Shown in pieces: positions 47,486 through 58,500 of a DNA stretch of 64,000 nucleotides. Position numbers and translations under genes: made by a program. The notes under the pieces were generated by a model. The model worked only from the letters and a program-made list of their open reading frames with translations, was not told the DNA's origin and did not search any database. Within the stretch, counting starts at the first letter, position 1, and each line of letters begins with the position of its first letter. Source of the stretch: an uncultured Verrucomicrobiota bacterium (GTDB taxonomy: Bacteria > Verrucomicrobiota > Verrucomicrobiia > Limisphaerales > UBA9464); assembly GCA_903842505.1 (NCBI GenBank), contig CAIMMI010000304.1, positions 6,916-70,915 on the forward strand, written 5' to 3'.

Positions 47486-49465
47486 ATGAACGCTCAATTC
47501 CCTGATCCGTCCGCCCGCCCGGCCCGGGCTATGCCTGGCTGCTGTTTCTCCGTAATCGCGTGGGTCGCGTTGCTGGTGAACCTCGCCTTGGGTGTGCCAC
47601 AGGCCCACGCGGACCCGTTGGTCTCGGCCTGGGAACCTCTGTTCAAGGGAATCGACCTGATCCGCGGCACCAACGCGACGGCTTCGGGCGATTTCCAGAA
47701 CCGGATGGTGATGTACTGCCTCCGGGTGGACCTCCGCGACCCGGACATCCGGCTGCATCCCTCGCCTCGGATCGACGGATTCGTGCCGGGCAGTCGCGAG
47801 ACGGCGGGCATGACCGTAAGCCGCTTCGTCGAGACCCAGGGGGTGCAGGTCGCCGTCAACGCGAACTTCTTCAATCCGCAGGAGTATTATCTTCCGGAAG
47901 GCACGCCGATGTCCGTTTCGGGTCTGCAGATTTCCGGCGGTCTGGAGGTGTCGCCCCAGAGCAACAGCCAGCAGACCGCTTCGGTGTTTTTCGATGCCAC
48001 CAACCGGGTAACCGTCGTCCACACGAACTGGCCACCGGTCTCGACCGCGGGAGTGCTGAACGCGGTTACCGGCGACTACCCCGTCGTCGTGAATGGAATC
48101 AACATCGGTCGACAATATCTCAACCAGCCCGGGTCCATCCACGACACGCATCCCCGCACGGCGATCGGTGCCTCGGTCGACCGGCGTTTCCTCTATCTGA
48201 TGTGCATCGACGGTCGGCAGTCCCACAGCACCGGAGCACTCGACTACGAAACCGGAGCCTGGATGCTCCTCGTGGGTGCGCACGATGCCGTCAACATGGA
48301 CGGAGGCGGATCCGCCACGATGGCCATGGAGTCGAGCGTGGGCACGGCGATGCGCATCAACCTGTCGAGTGCCGCGGCTGACTCCGGCAAGGAGCGTACC
48401 GTGGGCAGCCATCTGGGCGTGTTCGCCCGGCCACTCCAGGGTTTCATCAACGACCTGAATGCGATCCCGGATGACGTGTCCGCCTCGATCTCCTGGACCA
48501 CCACCGGCGCGGCATCGACGCGACTGGAGTACGGTCCCACGATGGACCTCGGTCAGACCCTGCCGGTGCAGTCCGCTTCGTCCACGAACCACGCCGCCCT
48601 CATCCGGGGCCTGTCTCCGGGCACCGAATACTTCTATCGCGCCGTGTCCGTCTCGGCCGTCGATGGGACGGTCCACACTTCCTTGGTCCGCAGGATGGTG
48701 ACGGTGAACTACGCCGTTCCTCAGGAGGTGATCCCGATCAACGGTTCGTGGCGCTTCTTCGCCGGGACATTGGATGGCCAGCCCTGGGTCCAACCTTCGT
48801 TCAACGACTCGACCTGGAGCGGCCCCGGCAACGGGATCCTCTGGGCGCACGCGACCCGCAACAACCCGGCGACCGGTGTCGTACCGGTGGGAACCCGGAT
48901 CACCAGCATCAATGGCGGCACGGGATTCCCATACACCACGTATTACTTCCGGACCTCCTTCAACCTGCCAGCCGTTGCACCTGGAACCCAACTCCGCTTC
49001 GTGGGCCGGATCGATGACGGCGCCGTCGTCTACCTCAACGGCAAGGAACTGCAACGCATCCGGATGGCGGACGCACCCACCGAGATCTCGTCGTCCACTT
49101 TCGCGCTGGGGTTTGGATGCTCGGGCGACGCCACCTGCGACGACGTCTTCGAGGCCACCGGGGATGGCTTCCTCGCAGCGGGGGACAACGTCCTGGCCGT
49201 CGAGGTGCACAACTACAACGCGCGTTCGACCGATATCAGCTTCGGTCTCTCGATGGCAGTCGCCCAGCCCCGCATTGAGCGGCCTGAATTGAGGTCGGTC
49301 ACCGACGATGCCGGTTCCCGGATCGAATGGACTCGCGGCGGCTTCCTCCTCCAGGAAGCTCCTTCACCCGCCGGCCCGTGGACGGATGTCGTCGGACCGG
49401 TCGTGGTCAGTCCCTACCGGATCTCGCCGACCTCGGAGTCGAGACTCTATCGGCTGGCGCGGTGA
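47486..49465 (+). CDS. secreted phosphodiester glycosidase paralog 3 fused to FN3-like, lectin-like and FYRL-tail modules
   Basis: Signal peptide. VAVNANFF and HPRTAIGASVDRRFLYLMCIDGRQ...GAHDAVNMDGGGSATM. FN3-like ISWTTTGAASTRLEYG...LSPGTEYFYRAVS. The C-terminal module is homologous to that of the 22154-25342 protein. Confidence 0.75.
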   Translation: MNAQFPDPSARPARAMPGCCFSVIAWVALLVNLALGVPQAHADPLVSAWEPLFKGIDLIRGTNATASGDFQNRMVMYCLRVDLRDPDIRLHPSPRIDGFVPGSRETAGMTVSRFVETQGVQVAVNANFFNPQEYYLPEGTPMSVSGLQISGGLEVSPQSNSQQTASVFFDATNRVTVVHTNWPPVSTAGVLNAVTGDYPVVVNGINIGRQYLNQPGSIHDTHPRTAIGASVDRRFLYLMCIDGRQSHSTGALDYETGAWMLLVGAHDAVNMDGGGSATMAMESSVGTAMRINLSSAAADSGKERTVGSHLGVFARPLQGFINDLNAIPDDVSASISWTTTGAASTRLEYGPTMDLGQTLPVQSASSTNHAALIRGLSPGTEYFYRAVSVSAVDGTVHTSLVRRMVTVNYAVPQEVIPINGSWRFFAGTLDGQPWVQPSFNDSTWSGPGNGILWAHATRNNPATGVVPVGTRITSINGGTGFPYTTYYFRTSFNLPAVAPGTQLRFVGRIDDGAVVYLNGKELQRIRMADAPTEISSSTFALGFGCSGDATCDDVFEATGDGFLAAGDNVLAVEVHNYNARSTDISFGLSMAVAQPRIERPELRSVTDDAGSRIEWTRGGFLLQEAPSPAGPWTDVVGPVVVSPYRISPTSESRLYRLAR

Positions 49466-49558
49466 CCCTGACCTCAAAGGGCGGGGCGAGTGTCCTCACC
49501 CGTCGACGTAGGAGTGCACGACGCCCGCACCGTTTCACAGCGGTCTGTCTCCGGCGGT

Positions 49559-52258
49559 TCAGGCCGGACGCAGGAACGTCTTCAGGTAACGGCCCGTGTG
49601 CGACTCGCGCACGCGGCCGACCTGCTCGGGCGTTCCTTCAGCGACGATCCGGCCACCGCCAGAGCCGCCCTCAGGTCCCAGGTCCATGACCCAGTCGGCC
49701 TCCGCGATGAGGTCAAGGTTGTGCTCGATCACGATCACGGTGTGGCCGGCATCGACGAGGCGTTGCAGCACTTCGACGAGGCGGCGCACGTCCTGCAGGT
49801 GCAGCCCAATGGTGGGTTCCTCGAGGATGAACAGGTCCTGTCGGGCAGCGCCGCGACGCCCTGGGGCCGGCAGGCCATCGGCCGGTGACGGCTTGAGCCC
49901 GGTGAGGAGGTGGGAGACCAGCTTGATTCGTTGTGCTTCTCCGCCGCTGAGCGTGGGGCTGGTCTGGCCCAGTCGCAGGTAGTCGAGCCCGGTATCGCGC
50001 AGCGCTTCCAGGGGGCGCCGCATCCGGCCATGGGCTGAGAAATACTCGATGGCCTCGGCCACCGACAGGTCGAGGACGTCGGCAATGGACTTTCCATTCC
50101 AACGGACGTCGAGTGTCTCCGGATTGAACCGCCTTCCGCCGCAGGTATCGCAGCGGACCTGCGCCGGGGGCAGGAAGTTCATTTCGATCGAGATCGAACC
50201 AGTCCCTTCGCATTGGGGGCACCGACCCTGGCTGGAATTGAAGCTGAAGCGGCCCGGGCCGTAGCCGCGAAGCCGGGACTCAGGTGCCGATGCGAACAGT
50301 TCCCGGATGTGATCGAAGAAGCCGACGTAGGTGGCCGGTGTGGAACGGGGAGTGCGGCCGATCGGGGACTGGTCCACCTCATGGACCGCGGTGAGTTCCT
50401 CGAACCCGGTGAGGCGCGGCCCGCTCTTCGCCGACTTTCCTTTGGCGAGGGCCTCGGTAACGGCCGGGAAGAGGCAGTCCTTCACGAGCGTGCTCTTGCC
50501 CGAGCCCGACACCCCGGTGACGACCGTGAACCGTCCCAGTGGAAAGCGCGCGGTGACGTCCTGCAGGTTATGCAGGCCCGTCTTGTGCAAGGTGAGCCAA
50601 CCCGATTTCGCCTTGGGATCCACCGGTCGACGCTGGCCGCGGGCTGGGTGCTTCGCGCGGTCGCGGAGGCACGCGCCCGTGATCGACGTCGGGTGTTGGC
50701 TCAGCTCTTCCAGCGTTCCTGCCGCAACAACCTCGCCTCCCCGGACCCCAGCGCCCGGTCCAAGGTCGATGATGTGGTCCGCACGGCGCATGGTTTCCTC
50801 GTCGTGTTCCACGACCACGAGGGAGTTGCCACGATCCCGGAGTCGTCCGAGCGCATCGAGCAGTTGATCATTGTCCCGGCTGTGCAGCCCGATGGTCGGC
50901 TCGTCGAGGACGTAGAGGACGCCGGAGAGGTTGGATCCGAGTTGGGCTGCCAATCGGATGCGCTGGGCTTCGCCGCCCGACAAAGTCGTGATCGATCGGC
51001 CCAGTTGCAGGTAGCCGAGCCCGACCTCGCACAGGAAGCGGAGTCGCTCGCGGATCTCGGGGAGGATGTCCCGCGCAATGACGGCACTTCGGTCGGTGGC
51101 CTGGACACGTTCCGACCAGGCATAGGCTTCGGCGACCGTGGCGCAGGCGAACGCATCGACATTGGGTTCGGCGTCGAGGTCGCCGGGTTCGGTTCCCTTT
51201 GCCGTGGGAATCGACAGCGGAAGGCGCACGGCCCGCGCATCCGCGCGCAACCGTCCCCCCAGGCACTCGGGACATGTCTCGCGCTGTCCTTCGGCCCAGC
51301 GCCACCAGTTCTCCTCGACGGCGTCGGCGTTGGCCCCGCGATCGACCTCTGGCAGATGGAAGAGTTCGCCGAATCCTCGGCACTTGGGACACCATCCCTG
51401 GCTGGAGTTGTAACTGAAGTTCTTCGGGTCGAGTGGCGGGAAACTCGTGCGGCATTTCGGGCACGCCCGCTCGGTGGAATGGACCGAAACCTCCCCCTTC
51501 GCATCGAGTGCCATGGCGACTCCCCGGCCGGCCCGGAGCGTCGCTTCGATCCGCGTGCGCAGGGCTTCGTCCGGCTGGGTGTTCCGGAGGATGCTCCCCG
51601 TGACGACCTCCAGGTCGTGCTCCTTGAAACGGTCGAGCTTCCTCGGAGTACCCGTTGGAACGAGTTCGCCATCGACCCGCACGAACTCGCATCCGTTCTG
51701 CTGGGCCCATTCAAAGACTTCGAAGTGGAATCCCTTTCGGTTCCGGACCATCGGCGCCAGCAACTGGAGCTTACCCCGCTTGCGCGCCTCGGCGCACAGC
51801 GTCGCCGCCACCTCGTCCCGGGTCTGGACCGAGACCGCCACCTCGCAATCCGGGCAGTGCTGTACGCCGACCCGCGCGAAGAGGAGGCGCAGGAATTGGT
51901 AGATCTCCGTCACCGTCGCGACGGTGCTCTTGCCGCCGCCGCGCGAGGTCGTCTGCTCGATGCTGACGGTCGGGGGAAGTCCAGCGATGAGGTCCACGTC
52001 CGGACGCGCCATCTGCTCCACGAACTGCCGGGCATACGCGCTCATGGAATCGAGGAAGCGCCGCTGTCCCTCGGCAAAGAGCAGGTCGAACGCGAGCGTG
52101 CTCTTGCCGCTCCCGCTGACGCCCGTGACGACCACGAACTTTCCCCGTGGGATGTCCACGGAGATGTCTTTCAGGTTGTGCTCCCGGGCTCCCCGGATCT
52201 GGATGGCATCCGTGCCGGCGAGTTCCTCAGCTTGATTCCGCACGCGCTCACGATTCAC
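49559..52258 (-). CDS. uvrA: excinuclease ABC subunit A family protein (UvrA or UvrA paralog)
   Basis: Two ABC modules ([10 protein letters not shown] twice, LSGGEAQRI[RK]L twice) and zinc-module cysteine pairs (CPDC, CPKC..CPKCRG, CPEC, CPQCEG..CDTCGG). 899 aa. Confidence 0.85.
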   Translation of the reverse strand: MNRERVRNQAEELAGTDAIQIRGAREHNLKDISVDIPRGKFVVVTGVSGSGKSTLAFDLLFAEGQRRFLDSMSAYARQFVEQMARPDVDLIAGLPPTVSIEQTTSRGGGKSTVATVTEIYQFLRLLFARVGVQHCPDCEVAVSVQTRDEVAATLCAEARKRGKLQLLAPMVRNRKGFHFEVFEWAQQNGCEFVRVDGELVPTGTPRKLDRFKEHDLEVVTGSILRNTQPDEALRTRIEATLRAGRGVAMALDAKGEVSVHSTERACPKCRTSFPPLDPKNFSYNSSQGWCPKCRGFGELFHLPEVDRGANADAVEENWWRWAEGQRETCPECLGGRLRADARAVRLPLSIPTAKGTEPGDLDAEPNVDAFACATVAEAYAWSERVQATDRSAVIARDILPEIRERLRFLCEVGLGYLQLGRSITTLSGGEAQRIRLAAQLGSNLSGVLYVLDEPTIGLHSRDNDQLLDALGRLRDRGNSLVVVEHDEETMRRADHIIDLGPGAGVRGGEVVAAGTLEELSQHPTSITGACLRDRAKHPARGQRRPVDPKAKSGWLTLHKTGLHNLQDVTARFPLGRFTVVTGVSGSGKSTLVKDCLFPAVTEALAKGKSAKSGPRLTGFEELTAVHEVDQSPIGRTPRSTPATYVGFFDHIRELFASAPESRLRGYGPGRFSFNSSQGRCPQCEGTGSISIEMNFLPPAQVRCDTCGGRRFNPETLDVRWNGKSIADVLDLSVAEAIEYFSAHGRMRRPLEALRDTGLDYLRLGQTSPTLSGGEAQRIKLVSHLLTGLKPSPADGLPAPGRRGAARQDLFILEEPTIGLHLQDVRRLVEVLQRLVDAGHTVIVIEHNLDLIAEADWVMDLGPEGGSGGGRIVAEGTPEQVGRVRESHTGRYLKTFLRPA

Positions 52259-52291
52259 CGCGGTGCCGGTTCCGGCAAGCGGGCGTCTCCG

Positions 52292-54283
52292 TCATTCCAG
52301 GAGCGCGTTCACGATCGCATTGCCGATGCCCACCAGCGCTGCACCCGAGATGAGTCCAGCACAGATGGGCTCCGCCCCATCGACCCAGAGGGTGTGCTCG
52401 CGGGACCCGGGTGCGGGCTTCTGCCGCTCCTTCCACCAGAAGAAGGCCGCACCGACCCACATGGTGATCGAGGCCGCCGGCGGCAGCACGACGCCCAGTC
52501 CCATCGAGACCGCCGAGATCGGGAACCGGCCCTTGGTACGGATCCGCAGGATTTCGAAGAGCAGCGCGAAGACGGCGGCCACCGCCATCGAAATCATCGC
52601 GGAGGGCGGGAGGTTGCTGAAGCCCTTGGCGATGAGGTCGGCGACGCCCTTCCACTGGACGGCTGCCGGCATGGCGAACTCGTCGGTGATGAGCGACTCG
52701 GTGCTGCGGACTCCCGCCTTGTTCGGGCGCAGGAACAGCAGGAAGAAGAGCGGCGTCGAAGCCAGCGCGCCGGCGAAGATTCCGATCACGTGGCCGACGG
52801 CCTGTTGGCGGGGCTTCGCGCCCAGCATGTAGCCGGGCTTGATGTCCGAGAGGAGGTTCGCCGCGTTGGAGGCGACCTCAGCCGTCATGCCGGCCGGGAT
52901 CAGGTTGCTCGCCGGATTCGACCGGTCGATGGCGCCCATCGTGAACTGGGTGATCTTGGCTAACGAACCGGTCGGGGTCCACGAGGTCAGGGCCATCGAG
53001 TTGGTGCAGATGACGGTCAGTACGAGGATCAACGGCAGGGACAGGAAACCCAGCGACCACGGGACGCCGAAGAAGGCGTTGCCGATCCACACCCCGAGGA
53101 ACCCGAACACCGGCACGCCCACGTAGGACATCCACAGCGGCAGTTCGATGTCGTGCAAGACGTCGCTTCCGCCATCCTTCGCAGCACCCTGCCTGGGGCG
53201 CAGGGCATTCAACGCCGCCTTGAAGAGATCCGGCTTTGCGAACAACGAAACCAGCGAGCCCACGACCATCATCGCCACGCCCCACCAGAGCGACCATTGG
53301 TTCACGATCTCGGCCCGGGAGATCTGGACAACGACGCCGGCCGGGTTGGTGTAACTCTTGATGTCGCCGCGCTGGATCATGCTCGGAGCAAGGATGGCGA
53401 AGTTGATCAGTGCCCCGAGAAGGCAGCTCGTCGCCACCCGGATGCCCATCAGCCCACCGACCCCCAGCATCGCCGCATCGAACGTGAGCCGCAGGCCGAG
53501 CTGGCGGATGTCGGTCCCGAGGATCCGGGGGATCCACCCCTGGGACCTGGCGGCGAACTGGTAGTAATAGGTGTCGAATTGCTCGAGGAGATACCACGGA
53601 TCCTTCATCTGCGCCCAACGGTCCATCCGCAGCAGCTTGAACTGGATCAGGCGCATCCAGCCGTCGCTCGCAATCAAATGGATGAAGCCGGCAACGCCTG
53701 TGGTGATCGCCAGGAGGCGCGCCTTGAAGAGTCCCGCCGCTGCCTGTCCCGTGTACAGGGCGTCGAGCACCACGCCGCAGGCCCGGCCTTCGGGAAAGGG
53801 AAGTTGCTCGTCGTTGATGAAGCGCCGCTTCATCGGGAACGCCACCAGGACCCCAAGGATGGAGATGACCACGTTCCAGACGATCATCTGCCACCACGGG
53901 ATGATCCGCCCCGTCACCAGCATGTAAGCCGCCATGCTCGAGATCAGCGGCGTCACCACGTAACCCGCCGCCGTCGCAATCGACTGGGTGCAGTTGTTCT
54001 CCAGGACCGTGAAGTTCCGGCCGAACCGCGTCTGCTCCAGCAATCGGAACAATGCGAACGTCAACAGCACCGACGTCAGCCCCACCCCGATCGAGATCCC
54101 CGTCTTGGCACCGATGTACAGGCCCGTCGCCGACAACAGGCCGCCCAGGATGAATCCGGTCAGCGCGGACCGGATCGTGAGTTGCGCCATGTCACCCCGG
54201 AACAGGTTGTCGCGCCACCACCGATCCTTCTGTCCACGGGACCACGTCCGGATCTCTTCCTCCGACATCGACTTGAGGGCCAT
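52292..54283 (-). CDS. OPT-family oligopeptide transporter
   Basis: 663 aa and polytopic. The N-terminal QLTIRSALTGFILGGLLSATGLYIGAKTG and the overall pattern are typical of bacterial OPT transporters. Confidence 0.8.
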   Translation of the reverse strand: MALKSMSEEEIRTWSRGQKDRWWRDNLFRGDMAQLTIRSALTGFILGGLLSATGLYIGAKTGISIGVGLTSVLLTFALFRLLEQTRFGRNFTVLENNCTQSIATAAGYVVTPLISSMAAYMLVTGRIIPWWQMIVWNVVISILGVLVAFPMKRRFINDEQLPFPEGRACGVVLDALYTGQAAAGLFKARLLAITTGVAGFIHLIASDGWMRLIQFKLLRMDRWAQMKDPWYLLEQFDTYYYQFAARSQGWIPRILGTDIRQLGLRLTFDAAMLGVGGLMGIRVATSCLLGALINFAILAPSMIQRGDIKSYTNPAGVVVQISRAEIVNQWSLWWGVAMMVVGSLVSLFAKPDLFKAALNALRPRQGAAKDGGSDVLHDIELPLWMSYVGVPVFGFLGVWIGNAFFGVPWSLGFLSLPLILVLTVICTNSMALTSWTPTGSLAKITQFTMGAIDRSNPASNLIPAGMTAEVASNAANLLSDIKPGYMLGAKPRQQAVGHVIGIFAGALASTPLFFLLFLRPNKAGVRSTESLITDEFAMPAAVQWKGVADLIAKGFSNLPPSAMISMAVAAVFALLFEILRIRTKGRFPISAVSMGLGVVLPPAASITMWVGAAFFWWKERQKPAPGSREHTLWVDGAEPICAGLISGAALVGIGNAIVNALLE

Positions 54284-54623
54284 GCAAGAGAGTTTGGCCG
54301 GTCACGCCTCCCCATTCCAGCCCCCGGTCCGGGGAGGGGTGGGTCGACCCGAAGTCCGGGTCATGTTGGAACCTGGCCACGCCCCGGCCTTCGTCGAGCG
54401 CCACCGCGCCGATGGTCCGCCCCCAGAGTTGCACCTCGGCGACCGCGTCGATCACCCCGTCGAGGCCGCGACGGGGTTTCACGAGATGTCTCAGTTCGGC
54501 AATGGCCGTCCCCCGAATCCTCCTGTCTTCACGATTGTCCCGGGTGGGCTGCGGGCAGCCGCAGGGCCCACGTCGCCAATCGAAATCGGATCAGGGCAGT
54601 GGGGATCAGGGCGAAGCGGTGGA

Positions 54624-55424
54624 TCAGAAGCCGTCCGGGGGACGGTTGTTGGAGTCCTGGCTCAGGTTGAGCACGCGAAGGTAGTCCTGGCGCTTCACGA
54701 ATTGCGCGTGGCCATCCGTGAAATTCATGGAAGCCCCCAGGTCCCCGTGGTTGTCCTCCTTGTCCGGCCAATTGTTGTTGGTACTCCCCAGATTGCTTTC
54801 CGCACGGTCGTCCGCGTCGAGCATCAGCAGGATGTTGGAGGGGCCGGGTGCCGAGCGAAGGGCACCGGTGTAGCGTGTGATGGTCTTGGAGTTCACCGAG
54901 GACTCGGTTTTCTTCAGCGTCACCACGGTTCCGTCTCCACGGACATCGGCCATCGTGCCGAAGATCTCGTAGCTCGTTCCAAACGCCTTTTTGTTCACTG
55001 CGTTGTCCGTCAGATCGTAGACGTAGGTGGAGGAGGAGAACGGCTTCCGGTACATGTTCGTCCGGATCGAGTGCCGCGTGGATGGGCACGTATAGCTCTT
55101 GAAGGGCCGGACGAATCCCGGCCAAAGCCACGAGGCATCATCGTCCGAGGCGCTCCGATCCGAGAACTCGGTGGGTTCAAATCCCGTTTGCGCCCATGTG
55201 GGGGCGGTGAGATGGCCGCGGTTGTCCATGGCGTAGAGGACCGAGGCGATGCCGAGTTGCTTGAGGTTGTTGAGGCAGCCGATGCGCCGGGCGCGTTCCT
55301 GGGCCTTGGACAAGGCCGGTAGGAGCATGCCTGCCAGGATCGCGATGATGGCAATCACCACGAGGAGCTCAATCAGGGTGAACCCGGACGAACGGATTCG
55401 GCTGGGGAGTCGTCGACGATTCAT
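54624..55424 (-). CDS. prepilin-type N-terminal cleavage/methylation protein, DUF1559-like
   Basis: [46 protein letters not shown]. The C-terminal [14 protein letters not shown] is H-X10-DG-like. Start taken at ATG 55424. Confidence 0.8.
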   Translation of the reverse strand: MNRRRLPSRIRSSGFTLIELLVVIAIIAILAGMLLPALSKAQERARRIGCLNNLKQLGIASVLYAMDNRGHLTAPTWAQTGFEPTEFSDRSASDDDASWLWPGFVRPFKSYTCPSTRHSIRTNMYRKPFSSSTYVYDLTDNAVNKKAFGTSYEIFGTMADVRGDGTVVTLKKTESSVNSKTITRYTGALRSAPGPSNILLMLDADDRAESNLGSTNNNWPDKEDNHGDLGASMNFTDGHAQFVKRQDYLRVLNLSQDSNNRPPDGF

Positions 55425-55524
55425 GGAGACGGAAGGATGCAGGAAAGTGGGGGAGAGGCGGGGATGCAGAAACCGGAGGGGAGCTTGCGCTCCCCTCCGG
55501 CACACAGGTCAGGATGGGATGGGA

Positions 55525-58500
55525 TCAGTCGGCGACGACTCGATAGAACGCCCCTCCTGCGGGAGGATTGGCATCCAGGAACCGACCGCGACCGGTCGAA
55601 TCGGTCTTCGCAGTCCCAACGGACTCGTAGGTCCCGGCGACATTCGCCGATCGGATGAGCCGATAGGTGACTCCGGAGCTTCCGGTGAAGCCGATGCTCA
55701 GGCTGTCTCCCTGGAACACGGGCTTGTCGAGAACGGCCGCCTCCGCAGCGCTGGCGACCGAATAGAACACCCGGAGCCGAGGACGTTCGCTTTCAGCCTT
55801 CAACGGATCCACGAAGCTGATGAACTTGGAGGATCGGAATCCCCAACCGTTGGCGCCGCCCGTCAGCGGAAGCACCGCCCATCCTTCGTTCGGAGCGCCC
55901 GCCTGCCACGCGATCAGGTCAGTCGTGACCTCAACCGTGTTCATCGTTCCCTGGACATCCGGTTCCAGCGATGGCGAACCCAGGACTGCCGTCGGTTCGG
56001 TCGCCGCTTCGATGCCATTCGCCTGAATGCCGTTGTTCAGCGAGGTCCAGGTTGCCGTCGTGTCGTCCCACGCCTGAAGCATGCGGTGGAAGGCGCCCCC
56101 ATCGCCCATGTTGTCCGTTCCTACGGAGGGCAGGTCGAGCAACGCCATCTCGATCCGCGCGTTCAGCGGGATACGGCCCGCTTCTGCTCCGAATACATCA
56201 CCGAACCGGATCAGCGAGTGCATGCTGTTGGTTCCAGCGCCATCCGGCCAATCCGCCCAGAGGACATCGGAGGTCACCAGAGGAGTCTCCGGTTGGGTCT
56301 GACGCAACAGGGTGTCGCGCGTGCCTTCGTATCCGTTGACGCCTTGCTGGAAGCTGGCGACGCGCGCGTCGGCGTCCGTCCAGAGCACCCGCAGGCGAGG
56401 GCGTTGGGAAATATCCTGGATCTCCGAGGGCGAAATGCCGGTTCCGTCCGTGCGAAGCGGCCATCCGAGGAAGACCCACCCATGGTTGGTCTCGCCGCGA
56501 ACCCATGCCTGCACGTCGGGCGTTACGCCAATGCTCGCAAAACCAAGTCCGGTCGAACCGCTGCCGTCCTCAACTCCGAGTTGGGACTCGTAGGTGGCCC
56601 GCGCCTCCACGTCATCCGGGGAAACACCCTGGAACACGCTGTCCCAGGTTGCCTGCTCGCGATCCCACGGGATCAGCATCCGATGCAGGCGCGCCCCGTC
56701 ACCGGGGTTGTTCACATGCACCACCAGTTCTGCCAGCAGTACGGTGGCACCGGGCGGGACCTGCCAGCTATTGGTGCCGACAAGACTGTCGAACCGGAGC
56801 AGGATCTGGGACTCGTTCGGCACACCGCCATCGGGCCAGTCCATCAGGAGGCCTTCCGCAGGGGAGGGCGTCCGTCCGATAGGCCACGGAGTCTGGCTGC
56901 CCACTTGCGACAGGGCGATGTCTCCCGCGCCGCTGTACAGGCCATATCCAAAGTCCGCGCCTTCCTGGAACTGCGTCTGCCGGACCCGTCCCACGCGCAC
57001 TACCTTGGATACCGTCCCGGTGGCCCCGAGGCCGTCGTCGAACCGGACCGCCAGAACTCGCGGTCCCGCAGCAGTGCCACCCGTTCCAAAAGTCAGCGAT
57101 CGCAGCACATCCTCAATCACTGCCGCCGTCGCAGTGGCCACGAACCGGATTTCAAGCGGTGTCGGGAACTGACCTCCCGTGGCGGACCCAACGTCGACGC
57201 CCGAATGGAGAACCCGCGATCCTGCCAGTTCAACGGGGAATCCGTTGGTTGCGGCCGAACGGATCGCCAATTGGTCCAGGCCGGTGCCGCCGGTCGTGAT
57301 CGAAACCGTCAGCCGTGCGCCATCAAACGTGGTGGCGTCCGGATCCCTGAGTGTGGCGCGTCCGTCGATACCCACCGGGGCCATTCCCAAGCCGTAGAAG
57401 GTCGGCCCAGACGGAAGTTCCAACGTGGTCTCATTGTCCACGATCACGGCTGGCAATGGCGTTTCTCCAACAAAGTTGGTGTACACCGGATCCACCGTCC
57501 GGAGGGTGTGGCTGATGTTGAGGAGCAGCGTCGGCTGGTTGGTGCCATTGTCCGGCGCACTCAGCGTGATGACCTTCGGGGTCTTCCAGTCCGCTGGCGT
57601 GAAGGTCACCAGGGCAGGAGTGACGGTGACCGATGCCGGGATGGCCGAGGTGATCGCCAGTTCCACGGTCAGGTCGGGCCGGGTCCCCAGCGCCACGGTA
57701 TAGGTCAGGGACTGCGATTCGACGACCGTCAGCGGCAGGTTGTAGTTCCACACGAGTCGGGCGATGTCGTCATCCAGGGTCTCTCCCTGAATCTGCCGCC
57801 CAGCGAGGCCGCTGAATTCCGGGTCTTCGGAGATGGCAGGACCCACCCGCACCGAGAAGGCTTGTGTGCCGTCCTGGCGGCCATCGTCAACCCCTCGCAA
57901 CGTCACGGTCTGGGCGACATTCCAGTCGCTCGGGGTGAACACCAGCTCCGACGGTTCCACAGACGCTTCGTTGGGAGTCAGGGAGACCAGCGGGATCCGC
58001 ACGATGGCAGCGGGAGCGCGGCTGAGTTGGATGGCACTGGTGCCTGGGGAGCCCGCTTCGGCAAGCCGGATGCCATCGATCGGGAATGCCGTGATCCCGG
58101 CGGTCTCATCGTCCGAGTTGATGACGGAGACGCGGAGCGCCGGTGCCGTCAGGAAGGACGGATCGGAATCGCCCACAACCGTGAGGACCAACGCGAAGGC
58201 AGCAGCACCGTCCGGCGCGCTGTCATCCTGGCCGACGACCTTCAATGTCTGGGGTACGTTCCAGCTTTCCGGCAGGAACGTCAGGAATTCGGGCGTCACC
58301 GTCGCCTCTTCAGGCCGGGTGGACACAACCCGTACCGTGACGGGCGTCGCGGGCGGCACATCGAGCACGATGTCGACGTTGGCGGTGCCACCAGCTTCGG
58401 TGGTGACGGCCGTGCGCCCCGGGACGGCGGAAATTCCGGGGGTCGCCCCGGGGATGTAGACAAAGGCGGCCACCGGCTCGTTCGTACAGGACTCGAGGAC

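Noticed and set aside
47393-49210. 605-aa minus-strand ORF
   Set aside because: It is antisense to phosphodiester glycosidase paralog 3, which has conserved catalytic-domain motifs.
50213-52963. 916-aa plus-strand ORF
   Set aside because: It is antisense to uvrA and the 3-prime part of the OPT transporter gene. It has no motifs and is Arg/Gly/Asp-rich.
53153-54670. 505-aa plus-strand ORF
   Set aside because: It is antisense to the OPT transporter. The translation is extremely Arg/Pro/Gly/Asp-rich.
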